Source: Lachnospiraceae bacterium (GTDB taxonomy: Bacteria > Bacillota > Clostridia > Lachnospirales > Lachnospiraceae). From it: a stretch of 64,000 nucleotides of DNA. Both the position numbers and the translations under genes were made by a program. Shown in pieces: positions 20,086-27,675 of this stretch. The stretch lies in NCBI GenBank assembly GCA_024696945.1, contig JAILGF010000196.1, positions 8,918-72,917 of the forward strand. The letters run 5' to 3'. The stretch's first letter is position 1, and every line of letters starts with the position of its first letter. The notes beneath the pieces were generated by a model. The model saw only the letters and a list, made by a program, of their open reading frames with translations, searched no databases and was not told where the DNA came from.

Positions 20086-21002
20086 ATTTTACGGCAAAGG
20101 TCAAGCAGGAATTGTTTGAAGAAATACCTTCTTCACGTCATTGCAGGATAGCCGAATTGGGCGGGATCGTTACAATTTTAGGTCGTATGAATAAAGAAAG
20201 CGATAATCTGGAATTATTTTCAGAAAACGATCTGGTCATAAAAAAGGCTGAAAAATTGATAAAAAAATTATTTCCTGTTGACAATATCGGTCGGATACTT
20301 TACGATATAAAACGTTCGGGGAAGGAATCCGGAAGGATTGTTTTTTCCGAAAAGGAAACGGAAGAGCTTTTGAAGCTTCTGAAAATGAACTCCGATCTGG
20401 AGGCAAAACCGGTGTTATATACCCTCACTTGTTGTAAGAGGGCATTCTTGAGAGGAGTTTTTTTGGGAGCAGGAACACTTACCGATCCTAATAAGGACTA
20501 TCATTTTGAAATTGCCTGCCTTAATGAAGGTTGTGCCGAAGAGCTTAAAAGCCTTATATGCGGTTTCGGTATTGAAGCCAAAAAGGTTGTTCGAAGATCA
20601 AGACACGTTGTCTACGTTAAAGACAGCGAAATGATAAGCGAGCTGCTGAGCCTTATCGGTGCTCAGGTTGCCATGATGGAGCTTGAGAATATAAGGATCC
20701 TAAAGGAAGTAAGAAATCATGTGAACAGGCAGGTTAATTGTGATTCGGCCAATATCAGGAAGGCACTTGCGGCTTCACAAAAGCAAATGGAAGACATCGC
20801 TCTTATCAGACAGGAAAATGAGTTTGAGGGGTTGAGCGAGGATCTTAAAGAAACTGTATTGCTTAGGGAAGCTTATCCTGAAGCAACTTTGGCGGAGCTG
20901 GTAATGTATAATGGGGACACTGTTGGAAAATCGGGGATCAATCACAGACTGAAAAAGATATCGGAAATTGCCGATAAGCTAAGGGACGGGAGAAAGAAAT
21001 GA
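20082..21002 (+). CDS. whiA: DNA-binding protein WhiA
   Basis: ATGA overlap with the murB stop. It shows the WhiA pattern: CCKRAFLRGVFLGAGTLTDPNKDYHFEI (degenerate LAGLIDADG fold) and a C-terminal HTH region (ATLAELV...KSGINHRLKKI). Confidence 0.9.
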   Translation: MNFTAKVKQELFEEIPSSRHCRIAELGGIVTILGRMNKESDNLELFSENDLVIKKAEKLIKKLFPVDNIGRILYDIKRSGKESGRIVFSEKETEELLKLLKMNSDLEAKPVLYTLTCCKRAFLRGVFLGAGTLTDPNKDYHFEIACLNEGCAEELKSLICGFGIEAKKVVRRSRHVVYVKDSEMISELLSLIGAQVAMMELENIRILKEVRNHVNRQVNCDSANIRKALAASQKQMEDIALIRQENEFEGLSEDLKETVLLREAYPEATLAELVMYNGDTVGKSGINHRLKKISEIADKLRDGRKK

Positions 21003-21265
21003 TTACTAAAAAAATGGCAATTGACATTACTGCCGATCTGGACAAGAGACCTATTGCAAAGCTGGTACAGGAAGCCAGCCGTTTTGACAGCTCTGTTTTC
21101 TTTGAGTACAGGGACAAAAAAGTTAATGCCAAAAGCATTATGGGAATGATGACATTCATCAGCATAATGAACAAGGCGACCGCAGCCAAGGAAAAAATCG
21201 ACATCAAGATAAACGGAAATGATGAAGGCGAGGCAATGGATGCCATCGTAGCATTCTTTTCGTAA
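20999..21265 (+). CDS. HPr-family protein of the Crh type (lacks His15, keeps Ser46)
   Basis: ATGA overlap with the whiA stop. It aligns with HPr and Crh: ADLDKRPIAKLVQEASRF (the HPr GIHARPA position has D instead of H) and KKVNAKSIMGMM (regulatory Ser46 motif intact). Confidence 0.8.
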   Translation: MITKKMAIDITADLDKRPIAKLVQEASRFDSSVFFEYRDKKVNAKSIMGMMTFISIMNKATAAKEKIDIKINGNDEGEAMDAIVAFFS

Positions 21266-21279
21266 AAAAATGTTTTTTT

Positions 21280-21307
21280 AGAAACCTTGAGGGGTTTCTT
21301 TTTTTTA
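21280..21307 (+). terminator. Intrinsic terminator after the crh-like gene
   Basis: AGAAACC (21280-21286) pairs with GGTTTCT (21293-21299) and is followed by an 8-T run. Confidence 0.7.
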
Positions 21308-21374
21308 TGTTTTGTGGTATAATGTTTGATGGGCAAGTATGTGCCGTTTGGTTGAGGACTGTATATCGGAGGTT

Positions 21375-23024
21375 ATGATGACAAGAGAACAGAGAAGAAG
21401 ACAAGTGAAGAGAAACAGGATATCTCTTGCTTTTATTATAGTAGAACTAATAGCGGTATGCGTATTGATACCGATTGCGATAAGCCGTTTTGCAGGAAAG
21501 GGAAGTTCCGCGGACGGAGAGGATACTCCCACTATCATTTCGGCTGATACGGGTAAGGTTGTAGATCCTGACGACCCGAAGGGAGTTAACGTCAATGAAG
21601 CTGCCGGCAAACCGTCTAAGGACGGCAACGATTCCGACGTTATCGAATCCGGTGAAAAAGCTGCATCGGCCGAGGATAACGGGAACGGAAAATCGAGTGA
21701 TGCAATTTCTACTGATGGAAAATCTGAAGGTTCCGTGACCGATGATACAAAGACCGGTGATAACAATACCGAAAGCAATAATAATACTGAAACAGCAGAT
21801 AATACTAAACCTGTGATCGCCGGTCCTTTGGGAACGATCATCGCTGAGGCGGATATAAAGGCTGCTATGTATGATTACGACGCAGCAATAGAGCTTGTGA
21901 AGTCCAGTCCCGATTATGAGACTAGTGTTGAAGCGAAGGCTGCTGTGGAACGCTACGAAGCAGATAAGGCAAAGTGCGTTAAATGGCATGACAATACGCA
22001 GATAAGCCATATATTCGTACATTCACTTATTGTAGATACATCGAGAGCATTTGGACCGAAATCCTCACAGCCCAAGGGCTACAATCAGTACATGACTACT
22101 GTCAGCGAGTTCAACAAGATGATAGAGTCGATGTATGAAAAGGGCTATGTTATGGTCAGCATCCATGATATAGCAAAGCGTGTGGTTGACGAAGACGGAA
22201 CCGAGAAGCTTGTGGCACAGCCCATCATGCTGCCTCCAGGAAAGGAACCCTTCGTGCTTTCACAGGATGACGTAAATTATTATGAATACATGGATAACGA
22301 CGGATTTGCAGACAGGATAGTCATCGGCGAGGACGGCATTCCTACCTGTCAGTATACCGATGTTGACGGAAACGTTTATTTCGGAGAATATGACGTTCTT
22401 CCCATCATAGACCGTTTTGTAAAGGAACATCCCGATTTCTCATATAGAGGAGCAAAGGGAATCCTGGCAGTTACCGGATATGAAGGTGCACTCGGATACG
22501 ATACCGGCCTTTCAATGAAGATATATGACGGTCTTTCGGAAGAAGAAAAGATGAAGAGGATCAATGCCGAAAGAGAAAAGGCGATCGCTGTTGCTGAGGC
22601 TATAAAGGCTGACGGCTGGGAGTTCGCAAGTCACAGCTATACTCATTCGAACATGACAAACGCTACCTTAGAGAAGATGCAGTATGACTCAAAGCGCTGG
22701 CATGACGAAGTGGAGATAATCTTAGGCCCTACAGATATCTATATCTATCCCTACGGAGCGGACATCTGCGACTGGCACGGATATTCGGGAGAGAAATTCG
22801 AACTGCTGAGAAGCTACGGCTTCTGGTATTTCTGTAACGTTGATGCTTCAAGATACTGGATACAGCTTAAGAGTAATTACTTCAGAATGGGACGTATCAA
22901 CACCGACGGTGAAAGAATGCACATTACTCTTAAGAACAGGAGCGACCCTTCACTTCCCGACAGGCTCAGTTACTTCTTCCATACCGAGGACGTATATGAC
23001 TACTCTAGACCTGCGTGGGACTAA
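21375..23024 (+). CDS. Membrane-anchored polysaccharide deacetylase-family protein
   Basis: I place the start at the ATG at 21375 after a GGAGG SD; the ORF track lists 21339. It has a TM anchor, then a Ser/Asp/Asn-rich linker. The C-terminal part carries NodB-type motifs (LSQDDVNYY, GWEFASHSYTHSNM, YIYPYG). Confidence 0.75.
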   Translation: MMTREQRRRQVKRNRISLAFIIVELIAVCVLIPIAISRFAGKGSSADGEDTPTIISADTGKVVDPDDPKGVNVNEAAGKPSKDGNDSDVIESGEKAASAEDNGNGKSSDAISTDGKSEGSVTDDTKTGDNNTESNNNTETADNTKPVIAGPLGTIIAEADIKAAMYDYDAAIELVKSSPDYETSVEAKAAVERYEADKAKCVKWHDNTQISHIFVHSLIVDTSRAFGPKSSQPKGYNQYMTTVSEFNKMIESMYEKGYVMVSIHDIAKRVVDEDGTEKLVAQPIMLPPGKEPFVLSQDDVNYYEYMDNDGFADRIVIGEDGIPTCQYTDVDGNVYFGEYDVLPIIDRFVKEHPDFSYRGAKGILAVTGYEGALGYDTGLSMKIYDGLSEEEKMKRINAEREKAIAVAEAIKADGWEFASHSYTHSNMTNATLEKMQYDSKRWHDEVEIILGPTDIYIYPYGADICDWHGYSGEKFELLRSYGFWYFCNVDASRYWIQLKSNYFRMGRINTDGERMHITLKNRSDPSLPDRLSYFFHTEDVYDYSRPAWD

Positions 23025-23030
23025 GTTGAC

Positions 23031-23052
23031 AGATTCTTCATCGTTTGCGCTC
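23031..23052 (-). repeat. Degenerate partial copy of the dispersed GTCATCCTGAGCG..GAAGGATCT repeat
   Basis: AGATTCTTCATCGTTTGCGCTC is the near reverse complement of GAGCGTAAGCGAAGGATCT at 23101-23119, so the two copies can pair. Confidence 0.5.
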
Positions 23053-23092
23053 CCTATTCTGCTGATGAGCATGTCATACTGTGGATGAATAC

Positions 23093-23119
23093 GTCATCCT
23101 GAGCGTAAGCGAAGGATCT
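23093..23119 (+). repeat. Dispersed intergenic repeat, copy A
   Basis: GTCATCCTGAGCGTAAGCGAAGGATCT, located between the deacetylase gene and dnaE. Confidence 0.8.
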
Positions 23120-23141
23120 AAAACAATAGAAGGAAAAGAAT

Positions 23142-26100
23142 ATGGGTTTTACACATTTGCACGTACATACGGAATACAGCCTGCTTGACGGCTCGAGCAA
23201 GATAAAGGAAATACTTGCCCGGGCTAAAGAGCTTGGGCAGACTTCTCTTGCCATTACAGATCATGGCGTAATGTACGGTGTGATAGATTTCTACAAGGCG
23301 GCTCTGGAATTGGGGATAAAGCCTATTATAGGCTGTGAGGTCTATGTTGCTCCCGGGTCGCGCTTTGACAAGGAAAATTCGGTTTCAGATGAGAGATACC
23401 GCCATCTGGTATTGCTTGCCGAAAACAATACGGGTTATTCAAACCTGATGAAGATCGTATCCAAGGGCTTTATAGAAGGCTTCTACTATAAGCCCCGTGT
23501 GGATATGGAGGTATTAGAGGAATATCACGAGGGAATCATAGCTTTATCTGCCTGCCTAGCCGGCGAGGTGCCGGGCGCACTCTTAAAGGACGATTATGAT
23601 GCCGCAAAGGCAGCGGTGCTCAGACATCTTGAAATATTCGGCGAGGGTAATTACTTCCTCGAACTCCAGGATCACGGAATTCCCGAGCAGAAAAAAGCAA
23701 ATGCCGGAATACTTCGGCTTTCTCAGGAAACCGGAGTAAAGCTTGTATGTACGAACGATGTTCACTATACGTTTGCGGAGGATGCGGAAGCTCATGATAT
23801 ACTGCTCTGCATCCAGACCCAGAAAAAGGTGCAGGATACTGACAGAATGCGCTATGAAGGAGGGCAGTTTTACCTAAAGTCCGAGGAAGAGATGCGGGCT
23901 TTGTTCCCTTATGCGCAGGAAGCGATCGACAATACCGCCGAAATAGCGGAACGCTGCAACGTAACCATAGAATTCGGTCATTATAAACTGCCTAAGTTTG
24001 ACGTCCCGGAAGGCTATACGGCGGAAACATATTTAAGGGAACTCTGTAATGCCGGCCTTAAGAGAAGGTATGCCGATGTATCGGATGACAGGTTTAAAGA
24101 ACTTCAGGAAAGGCTGGACTATGAGCTTGACACCATCAAGAACATGGGCTTTGTCGACTACTTCCTGATAGTTTGGGACTTCATAAAATACGGAAGGGAT
24201 AACGGGATAGCGGTAGGTCCGGGACGAGGAAGTGCCGCAGGCTCGATAGTATCCTATACCTTAGGCATTACAAATATCGATCCCATCAGATACAGCCTCC
24301 TTTTTGAGCGTTTTTTAAATCCCGAGCGTGTTACCATGCCCGATATAGACGTTGATTTCTGCTTCGAGAGACGTCAGGAGGTTATTGATTACGTAGTCAG
24401 AAAATACGGGAAGGACAGAGTTGTTCAGATAGTTACCTTCGGTACACTTCAGGCGAGAGGTGTGCTCCGCGATGTAGGAAGGGCACTGGATCTTCCTTAT
24501 TCAAAGGTGGACCAGATAGCGAAAATGGTGCCCCAGGAACTGGGAATGACACTGGAAAAAGCATTTGCCGCAAATCCCGATTTTAAGGGAGCTTACGAAT
24601 CGGACCCCGATATAAAGAAGCTTATAGATATGAGCAGAAGGCTGGAAGGACTTCCGAGGCACTGCTCGATGCATGCTGCCGGTGTTGTTATATCGAATGC
24701 ACCTGCGGACGATTACGTGCCGCTTTCAAGATCGGCCGACGATACCATTACCACCCAGTATACCATGACTACCTTAGAGGAACTGGGACTGCTCAAGATG
24801 GACTTTTTGGGACTCAGGACCCTGACGGTTATACAGGCAGCGGTAAGATCGGTTAACGAAATGCTTCTCGAAAAATACAAGGAGGAGCATGGCAGCAGTG
24901 AAGAAGGATTTGAACCGTTAAATATCGATAACATAGATTATAACGACAAAAAGGTATTTGAACTCATAGCATCCGGTAAGACAGAGGGTATCTTCCAGTT
25001 GGAAAGCGCCGGCATGAAGAGCTTTATGAAGGAGCTCAAGCCCACCTCGATGGAAGATATCATAGCGGGAATCTCGCTCTACCGTCCGGGCCCCATGGAC
25101 TTTATACCCAAGTATATTAAGGGAAAACAGGAGCCCGAGAGTATTACCTATGACTGCGAGCAGCTGCGCCCCATACTTGAGCCGACCTATGGCTGTATAG
25201 TATATCAGGAGCAGGTTATGCAGATAGTACGTAACCTTGCAGGCTACAGCTTTGGCCGGAGCGATCTGGTGCGCAGAGCAATGTCCAAAAAGAAGCAGAG
25301 CGTAATGGAAAAAGAACGTGAAAGCTTCGTACACGGAAATGCGGCGGAAAAGGTTCCGGGTTGTGCGGCACTGGGAATAAGTGAAAAGACGGCCAACAAG
25401 ATCTATGATGACATGATAGATTTTGCAAAGTACGCATTTAATAAGTCACATGCGGCAGCATATGCTGTGGTTGCTTATCAGACGGCATTCCTTAAATGCT
25501 ATTATCCGGTGCATTTTATGGCAGCGTTGATGACGAGTGTTATAGACAATGCCGGAAAAACCGCAGGTTATATAAACATATGCAAGAAAATGGGCATAAG
25601 CGTTCTTCCTCCCGACGTTAACGAAGGAGGCTACTCGTTTACACCCGTGGGCAATGCCATAAGATATTCCCTTTCTGCGATAAAGGGAGTGGGAAGACCC
25701 GTTGTTGAAGCGATCGTATCGGAAAGAAAGGCAAACGGTCCGTATACGGGTCTAAAGAATTTTGCAAACAGGCTTTCCTCAAAGGAGACGAATAAAAGAG
25801 TCATCGAGAGCCTGATAAAAGCAGGGGCATTTGATACCGTGCCTGGAAACCGCCGTCAGCTTATGATAGCATTTCCGGGGATCATTGAAAGAGTTGCCTC
25901 CGAGAAAAAGAGTGCGATGGAAGGGCAGATGAACCTGTTCGAATTTATGGATCCCGATTATTCAAATAAGGATGACACGGAGCTTCCGAAGGTTGAGGAT
26001 TATTCAAAGGAAGAAGTCCTTGCCTTTGAAAAGGAAGTACTTGGAATTTATGTTTCGGGACATCCGCTCGAACGATACTCGAATATACTCGAGAAGAATA

Positions 26101-26708
26101 CAACTGTCACCACGCTTGACTTTGCAGCCGAAGAAACAGAAAATGACGGCCAGCAGATAGCGGCAGAAGATAATGAAGATAGGCTAAAGGTACATGACGG
26201 AGAGGAATGCATAATCGGAGGCATCGTATCGAACCGTCTTGTTAAAACAACACGTTCAAATACGATGATGGCATTCCTTACCTTAGAGGATATGTACGGA
26301 ACCGTCGAAATACTGGTATTTCCTAAGGACTACGCAAAATATAAGGCTATATGCGATGTGGATGCGAGACTTCTGATAAAGGGCAGGGTTACCGTAGAGG
26401 AAGAAAGAGGCGCAAAGCTCATATGCCAGCAGATGGTGTCACTTGATGAAATACCGAAGGAAATCTGGGTTAAATTTGATGATATAGATGCCTTTAACAG
26501 AGATGAAGAAAGCATGAAGGCTATCACCTCACAGTTTGATGGACAGGACGGAGTTGTTGCCTACTGTGCGAAAGAAAAACTGTTGAAGAGGTATCCCCGT
26601 TCAGTCGAGACTCTTATCTGTCCGGAGCTTTTGGAAAAGCTGAAAGAAAAATTCGGAACAGATGCGGTAGCAGTGGTATCATCGAAGTATAATTGGGGCA
26701 GAAATTAA
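23142..26708 (+). CDS. dnaE: DNA polymerase III alpha subunit (DnaE type)
   Basis: N-terminal PHP motif FTHLHVHTEYSLLDG, polymerase core motifs (GPGRGSAAGS, MPDIDVDF, FNKSHAAAYA) and a C-terminal OB fold. The length, 1188 aa, fits. Confidence 0.97.
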   Translation: MGFTHLHVHTEYSLLDGSSKIKEILARAKELGQTSLAITDHGVMYGVIDFYKAALELGIKPIIGCEVYVAPGSRFDKENSVSDERYRHLVLLAENNTGYSNLMKIVSKGFIEGFYYKPRVDMEVLEEYHEGIIALSACLAGEVPGALLKDDYDAAKAAVLRHLEIFGEGNYFLELQDHGIPEQKKANAGILRLSQETGVKLVCTNDVHYTFAEDAEAHDILLCIQTQKKVQDTDRMRYEGGQFYLKSEEEMRALFPYAQEAIDNTAEIAERCNVTIEFGHYKLPKFDVPEGYTAETYLRELCNAGLKRRYADVSDDRFKELQERLDYELDTIKNMGFVDYFLIVWDFIKYGRDNGIAVGPGRGSAAGSIVSYTLGITNIDPIRYSLLFERFLNPERVTMPDIDVDFCFERRQEVIDYVVRKYGKDRVVQIVTFGTLQARGVLRDVGRALDLPYSKVDQIAKMVPQELGMTLEKAFAANPDFKGAYESDPDIKKLIDMSRRLEGLPRHCSMHAAGVVISNAPADDYVPLSRSADDTITTQYTMTTLEELGLLKMDFLGLRTLTVIQAAVRSVNEMLLEKYKEEHGSSEEGFEPLNIDNIDYNDKKVFELIASGKTEGIFQLESAGMKSFMKELKPTSMEDIIAGISLYRPGPMDFIPKYIKGKQEPESITYDCEQLRPILEPTYGCIVYQEQVMQIVRNLAGYSFGRSDLVRRAMSKKKQSVMEKERESFVHGNAAEKVPGCAALGISEKTANKIYDDMIDFAKYAFNKSHAAAYAVVAYQTAFLKCYYPVHFMAALMTSVIDNAGKTAGYINICKKMGISVLPPDVNEGGYSFTPVGNAIRYSLSAIKGVGRPVVEAIVSERKANGPYTGLKNFANRLSSKETNKRVIESLIKAGAFDTVPGNRRQLMIAFPGIIERVASEKKSAMEGQMNLFEFMDPDYSNKDDTELPKVEDYSKEEVLAFEKEVLGIYVSGHPLERYSNILEKNTTVTTLDFAAEETENDGQQIAAEDNEDRLKVHDGEECIIGGIVSNRLVKTTRSNTMMAFLTLEDMYGTVEILVFPKDYAKYKAICDVDARLLIKGRVTVEEERGAKLICQQMVSLDEIPKEIWVKFDDIDAFNRDEESMKAITSQFDGQDGVVAYCAKEKLLKRYPRSVETLICPELLEKLKEKFGTDAVAVVSSKYNWGRN

Positions 26709-27631
26709 TGCGAATACTATCATTCTTGGCCGGTTGCTCCGGCATTGGACCAAAGGGCTCAAACGGTATAGGAAAAAGAGCTAAGGACAATCAAAGCGGA
26801 GTGTCGGAGTTCTATTATTCATATAACGGAAGCATCGGCGGGAACAGCTATAGCTACAGAATAAAGGACGAGGACGGGAAAAAAGTATTTATTTACGAAG
26901 CAATGGAACACAGAGAGTTTGAGGATATGAAACTCGACTGTCCCCCGGAAATATTGGATAGGCTTTACAAGCTTTATCTTGATATGCGTATTGCTGAATG
27001 GGACGGCTTCGAAAAATACAATCCGAAAGTCCTGGACGGAGACGGGTTCTCACTGCGCATAAGGTTTAATGACGGTACGAAAATGAGTGCTAGCGGGAGT
27101 AATGCCTGCCCGGATAACTACGGTGAATTTGAAGACCGGATGAGTGAGATACTTGACCCATTAGCGGAAGAAATACTTGATATTAAACGTAATGAGCTTA
27201 TAAGCAAGGGATTGGACGGACATCTGACATCTTTATTGTTTATATTTAAGCAGCAGGGTACATCCGGCAGTGATGAATACCACGTTTTACTGAGGAGTGA
27301 AAAGAACTCTGAAAAGAACCTGGAAGTAGAAATAAAAGCAAACGGTGAAAAATTAAAAGCTTATTACCGTTCACCTATCTCGGAGAGCAACCTGGATGAG
27401 CTTGAACAGGCAATAAAGGATTATGAGATCATCAAATGGTATGATTTCTATGCCCATACCGAGGACCCCAATAATTCAGAGTGGTTTCAGATATCATTTA
27501 GCTTTGATAACAAAATGCATATCAGTGCTCACGGAACCAAAAAACCCGAGCATTACGAAGAATTTAGGGCAGTATGCATTAAATGGCTAAATGGACTGGT
27601 TAATAAATGCAAGCAGGATAAAACAGAGTGA
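26708..27631 (+). CDS. Hypothetical lipoprotein with an internal two-fold domain duplication
   Basis: The ATG at 26708 shares its A with the dnaE TAA stop. The signal peptide has a lipobox (MRILSFLAGCSG). Two related ~110-aa modules share the pattern LD.L......I..W..F....(F.L/I)..F.D.....SA.G...P..Y.EF. Confidence 0.6.
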   Translation: MRILSFLAGCSGIGPKGSNGIGKRAKDNQSGVSEFYYSYNGSIGGNSYSYRIKDEDGKKVFIYEAMEHREFEDMKLDCPPEILDRLYKLYLDMRIAEWDGFEKYNPKVLDGDGFSLRIRFNDGTKMSASGSNACPDNYGEFEDRMSEILDPLAEEILDIKRNELISKGLDGHLTSLLFIFKQQGTSGSDEYHVLLRSEKNSEKNLEVEIKANGEKLKAYYRSPISESNLDELEQAIKDYEIIKWYDFYAHTEDPNNSEWFQISFSFDNKMHISAHGTKKPEHYEEFRAVCIKWLNGLVNKCKQDKTE

Positions 27632-27675
27632 TAAATCACGGAACCGTACCGATGATTGATAAAAAGGAGAAGAAC

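Noticed and set aside
21305-22022. Minus-strand ORFs of 178 and 191 aa opposite the 5' part of the deacetylase gene
   Set aside because: They lie opposite a low-complexity Ser/Asp/Asn/Thr linker-coding region, where open antisense frames arise easily. They have no SD and no motifs. The plus-strand gene has a TM anchor and NodB motifs.
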